The notes below the pieces were generated by a model. That model was given only the letters and a program-made list of their open reading frames with translations. It was not told the DNA's origin and made no database searches. Below, piece by piece: positions 8,982-17,961 of a stretch of DNA of 32,000 nucleotides; the first letter of the stretch is position 1; every line of letters begins with the position of its first letter. This stretch comes from Zymomonas mobilis subsp. mobilis ATCC 10988 (GTDB taxonomy: Bacteria; Pseudomonadota; Alphaproteobacteria; Sphingomonadales; Sphingomonadaceae), in contig NC_017262.1 in assembly GCF_000175255.2 (NCBI RefSeq), forward strand, positions 1,080,001-1,112,000, given 5' to 3'. The position numbers and the translations under genes are program-made.

Positions 8982-10267
8982 TGTCTTTTCCGGCTTTAAG
9001 AATTCCGACCGCCAAAGTCTTTAGACCTTTATTAAAACCGGCACGCTATAAAGGCGCTTATGGTGGAAGAGGTTCCGGTAAATCCCATTTTTTCGCGGAA
9101 ATGTTGGTTGAAGATTGTCTTCGCCTTCCGGGATTGCGGGCTGTCTGTATTCGAGAAGTCCAAAAATCCCTGAAGGATTCAGCGAAAAGGCTGATCGAGG
9201 CGAAATTATCGGCATATCATTTGGGAAGCAATGTCGGTTTTCGGGTTTTTCGTGACCACATCCAAACCCCCGGCAATGGCATTATCATCTTTCAAGGGAT
9301 GCAAGACCATACCGCCGAAAGTATCAAGTCTTTGGAAGGATTCTCACGGGCATGGGTCGAAGAAGCGCAGACCCTGTCCCAACGATCTTTGGAGCTTTTA
9401 AGGCCAACCATCAGAACGATTGATTCAGAATTATGGTTTTCGTGGAATCCTCGTTTCAAAACTGATCCGGTTGACCGGATGTTGCGCGGCGAAACGCCAC
9501 CGACCGGTGCTGTTGTGGTTCAGGCTAATTGGGAAAATAACCCGTGGTTCCCCTCGCCGTTGGATCAGGAAAGGCGGGATTGCCTGGCGAATGATCCTGA
9601 TAAATACCGCCATATATGGGAAGGGGGATATGCGGAGATAACCGAGGGGGCTTATTATGCCCAAGCCTTGGCCAAAGCCCGATCTGAAAAACGGATAGCT
9701 GTCGTTGCCGCTGACCCGTTAATGACCTTGCGGGCGGTTTGGGATATCGGCGGCACGGGTGCCAAAGCCGATGCTACCGCGATATGGATTGTCCAATATG
9801 TCGGACGGGAAATCCGTTTCCTCGATCATTATGAAGCGCAAGGGCAGCCTTTATCTGCCCATCTTCATTGGTTGCGTTCGCATGATTATGGCGGGGCTTT
9901 ATGTATCCTACCTCATGATGGCGCGCAGCATGATAAAATCGCCTCGACAACCTATGAAGGCGCGTTGCGTGAAGCCGGATTTTCGGTGCGGGTTATTCCT
10001 AATCAGGGAGCCGGAGCCGCAATGCAGCGGATTGAAGCAGCTCGTCGGTTATTTCCCCAGATGTGGTTTGATGAAAATCACTGCCGTGGCGGTTTGGAAG
10101 CCCTTGGATGGTATCACGAAAAACGGGACGAAATACGAGGGATAGGGTTAGGACCCGATCATGATTGGTCAAGCCATTCCGCGGATGCTTTCGGTTTGGC
10201 GGCTATTGCTTGGGAACCGCCCGTAACGAGCCGGAAAATCACCTATAGCAATAAAGGAATATTTTAA
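8978..10267 (+). CDS. Phage terminase large subunit
   Basis: YGGRGSGKSHFFAEMLVE Walker A, FSRAWVEEAQTLSQRSLELL Walker B-like, and nuclease-like WDIGGTGAKADATAIWI. Confidence 0.93.
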   Translation: MMSFPALRIPTAKVFRPLLKPARYKGAYGGRGSGKSHFFAEMLVEDCLRLPGLRAVCIREVQKSLKDSAKRLIEAKLSAYHLGSNVGFRVFRDHIQTPGNGIIIFQGMQDHTAESIKSLEGFSRAWVEEAQTLSQRSLELLRPTIRTIDSELWFSWNPRFKTDPVDRMLRGETPPTGAVVVQANWENNPWFPSPLDQERRDCLANDPDKYRHIWEGGYAEITEGAYYAQALAKARSEKRIAVVAADPLMTLRAVWDIGGTGAKADATAIWIVQYVGREIRFLDHYEAQGQPLSAHLHWLRSHDYGGALCILPHDGAQHDKIASTTYEGALREAGFSVRVIPNQGAGAAMQRIEAARRLFPQMWFDENHCRGGLEALGWYHEKRDEIRGIGLGPDHDWSSHSADAFGLAAIAWEPPVTSRKITYSNKGIF

Positions 10268-10309
10268 TGAAACGGGCTGAAAAGAGCTTTCTGCCCCGAA
10301 GGGGGCGCT

Positions 10310-12499
10310 ATGTCTTTGGATATTGATAGCAATATAGATTTGAAAGAAAAACAGGCGGATTTCTTACTTTCTAACCATGAGTTATTAGCGGTCTTGCGCG
10401 AAAAAGCCGATCAAGCAGAAAGCTGGCATAATAGTTTACTGGCTGAAGATCAGGCCAATGCTATCGATTTTTATGAAGCGCGACCCTTTGGGGATGAAGA
10501 GGACGGTCGGAGTCAGGTCGTTAGTCCCGATGTCGCCGAGGTAGTCGATTATATGACGATCAGCCTGTTACGGACGATTGTGTCAGGCGATCGCGTGATT
10601 GAATTCGAGCCGATAGCCGCCGAGCAAGCGCAAGATGCCGACGATGCGACCGAGGCGGTCAGCTATGCTTTTATGCATGGACAGGACGGCTATAAAATCT
10701 TGCATGACTGGATACAGTCGGGATTGATTGAAAAAATAGGCATTATCAAAACCGCGGTCCTATCGGAAAGACGTGCTACAATCCGTCATATTACTGTCGA
10801 TGATGATGCCTTGGCAGCTCTGTTGATGGAGGCCGAGGATAATCCCGATATTCAGATTACCTTGAATAGTGACAATGGTAGCGGCCAATATGAGGTAACC
10901 GTTACCCGTTATCAGCTTCAAAAACGCTATGTCGATATGCCGATTCCGTCCGAAGAATATCGCGTTTCGGCCAGAACCCGCCATGAAGATGATGCTGATT
11001 ATCAGGCGCATGTCAGTTATAAAACGCTGTCTGATCTTATTTCGATGGGGTTCGATCGCGATATTGTTGAGAGCCTACCAAGTGATAAGAGTTTTCCCAA
11101 TAGCGATGGCCGTTCTGATGCCAGATGGCGGGATGAATCCTTTCTGTCTGGCAGCAGCGATCAAGCCAATCGCGAAGTTCTCTTATATGAAGAATATGTC
11201 CGCATCGATCGGGATGGCGACGGCATTGCTGAATTATTGCAGATTTTTCGGGTAAAAGATGTCTTACTTTCGATTGAAGAAGTAGACGAAGCGCCCTTTG
11301 TCGTTTGGACACCTTTCCCGCGCGCCCATCGGATGATTGGTAATTCTTTGGCCGAGAAGGTTATGGATATCCAGCGGGTTAAGTCAGTGCTGATGCGTCA
11401 GGCTTTGGATGGGGTTTACCAGACCAATGCGCCCCGTATGGCGGTAAATGTCGATGGTTTAACCGAAGATACTTTTGACGATTTATTGACAATTAGACCC
11501 GGGGCGATTGTCCGTTATCGGGGTGGCATTCCACCAACGCCGTTAAATGCCGGTTTCGATATCCAAAAATCTTTGGGTATGATCGAGTATATGCAGTCGG
11601 CTCAGGAAAGCCGGACGGGGATTACCCGTCTTAATCAGGGATTGGATGCTGACAGTCTTAATAAAACCGCGACTGGTCAGGCCTTGCTTCAGGCGCAAGG
11701 GCAGCAAATGGAAGAATATGTTGCCCGCAATTTTGCACAAAGTCTTGGGCGGTTATTCCAAAAGAAATTATGGCTGATGATTGCATCGGGCGATCCGATG
11801 GCGATCAAGGTTGAAGGTCTGTATAAAACGGTTGATCCGGCTTTGTGGCCGCCGGATATGCGCGTGCGTGTCACGGTCGGATTGGGATCGGGGCGAAAAG
11901 ATCAGCGTTTGGCCTATCGTCAGCAGTTGTTATCTATTCAGCAACAGGCGTTGGCCGTTGGTTTAACCGGTTCCAAGCAGATTTATAATAATATCGCCGC
12001 GATGATCCGAGATTGTGGTTTGGGTAATCCGACTGATTATTTGATTGATCCTGATATTCGCTTGGCAGGTAATCAGGCTGAAAATCCTGTGAATAATAAT
12101 TCGGCTGCAGCGCAAAATTCTTCTGGCAGTGTAGGAAATAATCCCGATTATACAGAGTTGAAAGCCCGACAAGATATCAATCTTCAAGGGCAGAAAATGG
12201 CTGCTGATCAGGAACGGAGTATGGCCGAATTTGCTTTGAAAAAGCAGGAAACCGAGGCCAAGCTGGCGATGCAACAGGAAGAGCATAAACAGCGTTTGGC
12301 CTTGGTGCGCGAAAAAGCCGAAGAAGAGGCCATTTTAGCAAGGCAACGTTCCGATTTTGAAGCCTCGCTTGCCAAGGAAACGGCCGATCGTAATTACCAG
12401 ATCGCTTTGAAATTGGCAGAAGCTGGAAAAAATATTCCAGCGGATAAAAAGGGGGATAGGGTGCCGCAAAACAAAGCAGGGGGCGCATTGGATAAATAA
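10310..12499 (+). CDS. Phage portal protein (729 aa, podovirus-type)
   Basis: Position after the terminase; YVRIDRDGDGIAELLQIFRV and RESRTGITRLNQGLDADSLNKTATG-like motifs (read as QESRTGITRLNQGLDADSLNKTATGQALL); C-terminal coiled coil. Confidence 0.9.
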   Translation: MSLDIDSNIDLKEKQADFLLSNHELLAVLREKADQAESWHNSLLAEDQANAIDFYEARPFGDEEDGRSQVVSPDVAEVVDYMTISLLRTIVSGDRVIEFEPIAAEQAQDADDATEAVSYAFMHGQDGYKILHDWIQSGLIEKIGIIKTAVLSERRATIRHITVDDDALAALLMEAEDNPDIQITLNSDNGSGQYEVTVTRYQLQKRYVDMPIPSEEYRVSARTRHEDDADYQAHVSYKTLSDLISMGFDRDIVESLPSDKSFPNSDGRSDARWRDESFLSGSSDQANREVLLYEEYVRIDRDGDGIAELLQIFRVKDVLLSIEEVDEAPFVVWTPFPRAHRMIGNSLAEKVMDIQRVKSVLMRQALDGVYQTNAPRMAVNVDGLTEDTFDDLLTIRPGAIVRYRGGIPPTPLNAGFDIQKSLGMIEYMQSAQESRTGITRLNQGLDADSLNKTATGQALLQAQGQQMEEYVARNFAQSLGRLFQKKLWLMIASGDPMAIKVEGLYKTVDPALWPPDMRVRVTVGLGSGRKDQRLAYRQQLLSIQQQALAVGLTGSKQIYNNIAAMIRDCGLGNPTDYLIDPDIRLAGNQAENPVNNNSAAAQNSSGSVGNNPDYTELKARQDINLQGQKMAADQERSMAEFALKKQETEAKLAMQQEEHKQRLALVREKAEEEAILARQRSDFEASLAKETADRNYQIALKLAEAGKNIPADKKGDRVPQNKAGGALDK

Positions 12500-12798
12500 T
12501 GGAGCAAGATCCCATTTTGCGGGCAAGGCGTTGGAAAGCCTTTTATGAAGAAAAGGGCGGGTTGAAAGCTATTTTGCAAGAAATCGGCACCCGTTATATC
12601 CAGCGTATGTCCGAGATTGCCCCATGGGAAGCCGAAGCTGACCGAAAATTATTACGTTTGGCGATGGCTAATCGAATTGTGGGGCAAATTGATAACTTGA
12701 TTCAAGTGATTATTGCAGATGGGCAATTGGCTGATCAGGCCAAAGAACATGCCCGAAAAATAGAGAATTTACCCGAGCGAAAACGTCGCTGGCTGTAG
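12499..12798 (+). CDS. Small phage protein of unknown function
   Basis: 99-aa ORF with ATG overlapping the portal stop (TAATG). Confidence 0.65.
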   Translation: MEQDPILRARRWKAFYEEKGGLKAILQEIGTRYIQRMSEIAPWEAEADRKLLRLAMANRIVGQIDNLIQVIIADGQLADQAKEHARKIENLPERKRRWL

Positions 12799-12837
12799 GC
12801 CGAGCTATCAAGGTCTTCATTCTATTTATTGAGAAAA

Positions 12838-12899
12838 AACCGGCTGGGTGGCTGGAAAGAGAGTCACCGGAGTGATCTTCTGCGCCCATTTTACCGGTT
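12838..12899 (+). promoter_or_regulatory. Structured intergenic RNA candidate upstream of the scaffold-like gene
   Basis: AACCGG...CCGGTT closing stem, inner TGGGTG/CGCCCA, apical GTCAC CGGA GTGAT hairpin. Confidence 0.4.
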
Positions 12900-12914
12900 G
12901 GACATTCAGGAATA

Positions 12915-13772
12915 TTGATAATGACAAATATAAAAGGCGCAGCCTTGAGGCGACCTCGTCGGTCTATTCAGGAAGCTGCCGAAGCATTGCAAGCCAATTT
13001 GGCACCGGATCAGGATGATCCGATGGCTGGAAATAATGCGGATATGCCGCCATCCGATCAGGCATCCGAGGATCAGAGCAACATGGGCGCAACGGCAGCA
13101 GGAAATGGTGCCAATCAAGGAAATGGTCAGCCAGACATGAGTGCGGCTTGGCAAGAACATTGTCGAGCCTTGCATTACCATTATGCCGACCAGCTTGCTA
13201 AATATGCCGAAGCGATTACCCCGAAAAAACCTGATCCGCAGTTATTGGTCAGTGATCCGGCAAGCTATGCCGCACAATTGGCAAGTTATGAAGACTTAAC
13301 GGCCAAGCGTGACCAAATTGTTCAGGAAGTTATCCAGATTTCTCGCCAGAATGAAATGGCTGAACTGGCTGCCAGAAGAGCATGGGCGCAGGGCGAACAT
13401 CAGCGTTTGATATCGCTTTTGCCTGAATGGGGCGATGATAATCAGAGACCGGCTATCTTGGCGGCTTTTGAAGAAACGGGACGGCATCTCGGTTATCCAG
13501 ATCATGTTTTGGCCGAGGCTGATTCCAACGACATTATGGCTTTGAAAAAAGCCCATGAATGGCGAAGAAAATCCGAAAAATGGGATGCCCTACAACAGGG
13601 TAAGGCGGCGGCTATCAAATCAGCCAAAACATCGAGAAAAACCGCAGTTCCAGGAACGTCCCAGCCTTATGGCGCGGCCAAAAGCCGGAAACTGAATGAA
13701 TCATTGGGGCAGCTTCGCGAAACTGGTGATGTCCGGTCAGCCGCCGCGGCGATGAACGCCCTTTTTAAATAA
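12915..13772 (+). CDS. Putative capsid scaffolding protein (likely start ATG 12921)
   Basis: Position between portal and capsid. Acidic, Gln/Ala-rich, predicted helical, no visible enzymatic motif. Confidence 0.6.
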   Translation: MIMTNIKGAALRRPRRSIQEAAEALQANLAPDQDDPMAGNNADMPPSDQASEDQSNMGATAAGNGANQGNGQPDMSAAWQEHCRALHYHYADQLAKYAEAITPKKPDPQLLVSDPASYAAQLASYEDLTAKRDQIVQEVIQISRQNEMAELAARRAWAQGEHQRLISLLPEWGDDNQRPAILAAFEETGRHLGYPDHVLAEADSNDIMALKKAHEWRRKSEKWDALQQGKAAAIKSAKTSRKTAVPGTSQPYGAAKSRKLNESLGQLRETGDVRSAAAAMNALFK

Positions 13773-13797
13773 TCTACTTTTCAAGGAATTTTGAATT

Positions 13798-15152
13798 ATG
13801 TCTGTTGCCTCTAATACCGTCCAAACCTATTCGCGTGTCGGTATTCGTGAAGATCTTTCCGATATTATTTATAATATCAGCCCGACTGGAGTCTTGGTCC
13901 GTTAATGTAGTTTATACGCTGCATTAAATGAAAAGGCGGTGAATTCGGGGGACGTCCAACCGTCATAGACGAGGATAATCCCGAGCCAAGCTTGAGGTGA
14001 AAATCTCTTGAAGGTGTAACGACTAACAGCCGAGCCTACCGACAAAAAACGATAAAACTGATGCCGTTATTTCTGAAAAAGAAGCGGGTATGATTCTTTT
14101 CATTTTTACTGAAAATGCCGGAAATTTCGGAAGAAATATTTCAGTCTTTTTTGTCCATGGCAGTAATGCTGACACGAGTGCCGCCCGCGAAAGCGATGAT
14201 ATAGTCTGAGCCTTGCAGGAATGTAAGGAAGCAAGGGATAAAGAGCCTTTGCGGTAACAATCTGGAAACACCTTTTGTAACAGCTATCGGTCAAACGACA
14301 GCCAAAAATACCTATACCGAATGGCAGACCGACAATCTTGCCAGCGCTAATGCCCAGAATAAACAGGTCGAAGGGGCTGATCTTGCCAATGAAAGCCGTC
14401 AGCCAACGGTCCGGGTCGGCAATTATACCCAGATCATGACCAAAGTTGTCGGGACATCGACGACCGATCGGGCGGTGCATAATGCCGGACGCGGTGATGA
14501 ACATGCCTATCAGTTGGCACGTGCTGGTCAGGAATTGAAACGCGATATTGAGGCGCGCTTTACCGGTAATTTTGCAGCCATTCCCGGAGATGGGGCAGTC
14601 GTCGCGCGTGAAACAGCAGGAGCTTTGGCATGGCTGCGCAGTAATGCCCATCGTGGCGACGGCGGTGCTAATCCGGTGATGTCCGGTGGCGATAATGGCA
14701 GCGGTTATCCGACAACCGCGGCGACCGCAGGTAAGGCGCGGCTTTATACCGAGGCTTTGTTAAAAGAAGTTTTGGGCGATATCTGGGTCAGTGGTGGTCA
14801 GCCAAATATGGTGATTACCTCTTTGAAACTGAAACAGACGGCAGCAGCCTTTCCGGGGTTGGCTTCCAACCGGCGCGATACGGGCGACCAGAAAGCGCGT
14901 ATTATTGCCGGTGCGGATATCTATGTTTCCGATGTCGGCGAAGTCCAGTTTGTACCTGATCGTTTTTGCGACAATAGCAGCGCTTTGGTCATTGACCCTG
15001 AATATTGGTCGGTTGCGACCTTAGATCCGATTCAGAAACGGTCTTTGGCAACAACGGGGCTGGCTGATCGTGATGCCCTTTATACTGAAATTGCCTTGCG
15101 CTGCCATAATGAAGCAACCTCCGGTGTTTTGGCAGATTTAAGCGCTGCCTGA
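13798..15152 (+). CDS. Major capsid protein (DUF5309 / SU10-like), split by a group I intron: join(13798..13887,14265..15152), 325 aa after splicing
   Basis: Exon 1 encodes MSVASNTVQTYSRVGIREDLSDIIYNISPT. Exon 2 opens GAAACACCTTTT.. = ETPFVTAIGQTTAKNTYTEWQTDN.. and continues in frame to the stop at 15152. The joined protein matches the expected REDLSDIIYNISPTETPFVxAIG...YHEWQTD pattern of this capsid family. Confidence 0.9.
13888..14264 (+). ncRNA. Group I self-splicing intron (ORF-less, ~377 nt) in the major capsid gene
   Basis: P1 GACU|/GGUC with a U-G pair at the 5' splice site (13884-13887 / 13896-13899); P3 GGCGGU/ACAGCC (one mismatch); P4 UUCGGG/CCCGAG; P5 GUCC/GGAU; P5a CGUC/GACG; P6a GAGGU-GAAA-AUCUC; R/P7 GACUA (14021-14025) pairing with UAGUC (14202-14206) in the GAUGAUAUAGUC block; P9 CCUUGC/GCAAGG; terminal omega-G at 14264. 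Confidence 0.93.
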
Positions 15153-15287
15153 TTTTCGTGATCGGGAGGATGTCTTCTTGCAAGGCATCTTCCCGTAAAA
15201 ATTCGGAAAGGGAATATTCCATGGCTTTTTCTTCTGCCTTGGTCGCCTTTTTCAAAAAAAAGGTCGGGCTGGGCTTGAAATGCGGCT

Positions 15288-15632
15288 TTGATATTCGAGG
15301 CCATGATGGCTGCTGAACGTTTGTTATCCTATAATCCGGTGACGGGGCTTAAAAGTTGGTTCTCCTCTTCAGAGGAGAATCAGGGCAGTTGGCATATCCG
15401 CTATGAACAGGATTGTTCTGCGGCTTTGGAAGCCAATAAACAGGCACAAAATGAAGATTTTGATCGGCGTTCTTCGATGTGGCACGCCGCCCATGTTCCC
15501 GCCGTCGTTTTGATGGAATGGCTGGTGAAATATGGTGTCCGATATTGGGACAAAAATCACGCGCCTGCCGTTCGCCGTTTACTCAATCATCCTGATTATC
15601 GCTATTTGCGCGTTAATCACTTTATTATGTGA
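15288..15632 (+). CDS. Conserved phage structural/hypothetical protein (TTG start at 15288 or ATG 15303)
   Basis: LLSYNPVTGLKSWF...WHIRYEQDCSAALEANK...; resembles small proteins found after capsid genes in related podovirus modules (recalled). Confidence 0.55.
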   Translation: MIFEAMMAAERLLSYNPVTGLKSWFSSSEENQGSWHIRYEQDCSAALEANKQAQNEDFDRRSSMWHAAHVPAVVLMEWLVKYGVRYWDKNHAPAVRRLLNHPDYRYLRVNHFIM

Positions 15633-15641
15633 GCATGGCTG

Positions 15642-16301
15642 ATGGCTCTTTTTATTGATGCCCAAAATCTGGACAGTCTCACCCGTTATGATGGCCTCTT
15701 AAAGGCGATTGCCTTGTGGTTGGAACGCGATGATCTGGCCGACGAAATCCCTTATTTCGTGCAACTGGCAGAAGCCCGTTTTCGGCGATTGTTGACTAAT
15801 CCCGAATTGGAAACCGAAATAACGGTAGCGGCAGGCTGTCCTGTTGCGTTGCCGGATGATTTTGAGGCCTTGCGCCTGCTTTATCCGGCAGGCGGTCGTC
15901 GCGATCGGGCTTTTTTGCAGCTGCCGCCAGATGTTTTTCAGCAGGGCAAGCATCAGAATAAATCTGTTTTCACCCTGATCGCAGGGCAATTATGGATATC
16001 GCCTCTTCCTGAAACAGAAACGGCTTTTTCGTTGGTCTATCGTGCGGCTTTGCCGTCTTTATCCTTGAATCGCCAGAGTAACTGGCTGTTGACGTCCCAT
16101 CCCGATATTTATTTATTCGGGTCGTTATTACAGGCCGAGTTCTTCGGATGGAATGACAGCCGTTTGCCGGTCATTAAATCGGCGCTGGATGAAGCCTTGG
16201 GCGAGTTAAATAAAGCAGGATTGCGCAAGCGTTATGCAGAAAGCACCTTGGTTGCGCCATCGCCTGTCGTGGAAGCGGTGAAAGGCACTTACCGATGGTA
16301 A
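15642..16301 (+). CDS. Phage head-tail adaptor (neck) protein-like
   Basis: WLERDDLADEIPYFVQLAEARFRRLL...LPDDFEALRLLY: adaptor-like motif, correct position. Confidence 0.7.
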   Translation: MALFIDAQNLDSLTRYDGLLKAIALWLERDDLADEIPYFVQLAEARFRRLLTNPELETEITVAAGCPVALPDDFEALRLLYPAGGRRDRAFLQLPPDVFQQGKHQNKSVFTLIAGQLWISPLPETETAFSLVYRAALPSLSLNRQSNWLLTSHPDIYLFGSLLQAEFFGWNDSRLPVIKSALDEALGELNKAGLRKRYAESTLVAPSPVVEAVKGTYRW

Positions 16302-17716
16302 GTCAGCGTCTTTTATTCGGGGCTTATGAACCCGATCAACCACCGTATATGAGTGGATCACTGCGCCATTTAAGCAATGCCTATGCCACGACAAATGGAT
16401 ATCGTCCGGTCGGAGGCTTCAAGCCTTTTGCGGCGTCTTTGCCAGATGTTTTTATGGGAGCTGCGGCTTTTTTAGGGTCAGATGGTTCGACTTTATTGGT
16501 CGCTGGTACCAAAGACAGTCTTTACCGCTATGTTTCCGGTAATTGGGAGGCCTTGGTAACAGCCTTGCCGGCTTATGGACGATGGCATTTCACCCAATTT
16601 GGGGATCGCATTATTGCCGTTAACGGCAGTGCCACCCGAAAAATAGATATCCTTACTGGAAAAGCCGACAGCATAGCAGATGCCCCGACGGCTGAAATGG
16701 TGACAACTATTCGGGATTTTGTGGTGTATGGCCGCGCGTCAGCCCAGAAGAATCTAATCCAATGGTCGGGCTTTAATAACGAAAACAGCAATGTCATCGG
16801 CACCAATCAGGCCGGTTATCAACCGATGCTGACTGGTGGCGACATAATGGGCATTATGGGCGGCGAATATGGCGTTATTATCCAGCGTTCCCGCATTGTC
16901 CGTATGAGTTACACGGGGGACAGCTATATCTGGCAGTTTGATGAGATCAGCGCCAATATCGGGGCGATTGCGTCAGGCTCTATAGCGCAAGCTGGGCATC
17001 AGGTTTTCTTTCTTTCCGATCGGGGTTTTATGATGACAGACGGCGTTTCTGTCACACCGATCGGCAATGAACGGGTTGACCGGTGTTTTTTTGAAAGCTG
17101 GCCAAGGGACAGTTTGGATCAAATGACAGCGGCGATTGACCCAAGACAGCATATGGTCGCCTGGTTGATGCCCGGTAATCCTTCGATGGTTTTGATCTAT
17201 AATTGGGCAATAGACCGTTGGAGCCGTTTGGATATTGATGCCATCGGGATGTTTTCGGGATTTACCGCCAATACGACCTTGGAAGCCCTTAATACGCTTT
17301 ATCCAGATGGGTTGGATTCTATGCCCTATAGTCTGGATGATCCCCGTTTTTCTGGCGGTGACCCTTTGTTCATTTTTGTCGGAAAGTCGAATAATTTCGG
17401 GATTTTGGACGGTGAGAATTTACCCGCCTGTTTCCAAACCGGATTTTTCTCTGCCGATGGCGGTAATCACAGCCGGATACGGTCGGCAAGATTACTTGGC
17501 GATTTAATCGAAAAAGCTAGCCTAACAATCGAGGGCAGCCATCGTTTAGGTGATCCATCTTCTGGTCGGGTCGTTCGCGATATCACTTTATCAGGTCGAA
17601 TCCCGTTACGGGTCAATAACCGTTATTGTGCGCTCCGTCTGGATATTGAAGGCGGTGCCGCTTGGTCTTTTATCCAAGGCTTTGATTGGGACATTGTTGC
17701 CGGAGAAGGGCGATGA
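16295..17716 (+). CDS. Phage tail tube/nozzle/stabilization-like protein
   Basis: Beta-propeller-like repeats (GRWHFTQFGDRIIAVNG, VVYGRA..NLIQWSGFNNEN, QVFFLSDRGFMMTDG..VTPIGNERVDR). Position after the adaptor. Confidence 0.65.
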   Translation: MVSQRLLFGAYEPDQPPYMSGSLRHLSNAYATTNGYRPVGGFKPFAASLPDVFMGAAAFLGSDGSTLLVAGTKDSLYRYVSGNWEALVTALPAYGRWHFTQFGDRIIAVNGSATRKIDILTGKADSIADAPTAEMVTTIRDFVVYGRASAQKNLIQWSGFNNENSNVIGTNQAGYQPMLTGGDIMGIMGGEYGVIIQRSRIVRMSYTGDSYIWQFDEISANIGAIASGSIAQAGHQVFFLSDRGFMMTDGVSVTPIGNERVDRCFFESWPRDSLDQMTAAIDPRQHMVAWLMPGNPSMVLIYNWAIDRWSRLDIDAIGMFSGFTANTTLEALNTLYPDGLDSMPYSLDDPRFSGGDPLFIFVGKSNNFGILDGENLPACFQTGFFSADGGNHSRIRSARLLGDLIEKASLTIEGSHRLGDPSSGRVVRDITLSGRIPLRVNNRYCALRLDIEGGAAWSFIQGFDWDIVAGEGR

Positions 17717-17961
17717 TGCTGCGCTTACCGATCGCCGCTACTTCTGTCGCGGATTGGATGCGGCGGGCGGCAATGGCCGTCAACAATTTGATGACGAATG
17801 TTGAACAGCAATCCAGTCAGATGGAGAGCCGTTATCATTGTCCGATACCCGCCAGTGATAACGCGCCGGATAATCCTGAAAAAGGACAGTGGTTTTTCAA
17901 TAAAACCAGCCAAAAAGCGATGATGTGGGATGGCACCCAATGGCAAAATCTGTGGGAATAA
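17713..17961 (+). CDS. Small phage protein (start ATG 17713, inside track ORF 17686..17961)
   Basis: ATG overlaps the preceding stop. NPEKGQWFFNKTSQKAMMWDGTQWQNL resembles a fibre or attachment module. Confidence 0.5.
   Translation: MMLRLPIAATSVADWMRRAAMAVNNLMTNVEQQSSQMESRYHCPIPASDNAPDNPEKGQWFFNKTSQKAMMWDGTQWQNLWE

Noticed and set aside
14106-14651. Minus-strand ORF of 181 aa (and 14023..14271 -, 82 aa) overlapping the intron/capsid
   Set aside because: Shadow ORFs antisense to the intron and exon 2; no protein motifs.
13798-15152. Major capsid gene as a pseudogene, frameshift or transposon insertion
   Set aside because: Excising 13888..14264 restores a perfect reading frame at a conserved motif. 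The interrupting DNA has group I core pairings and lacks inverted terminal repeats, target-site duplication or a transposase.
15221-15316. Short ORF MAFSSALVAFFKKKVGLGLKCGFDIRGHDGC with an A8 slippery-like run (possible programmed frameshift into the 15288 ORF)
   Set aside because: Both the -1 and +1 frames after the A run hit stops (TGA) before joining the downstream ORF.
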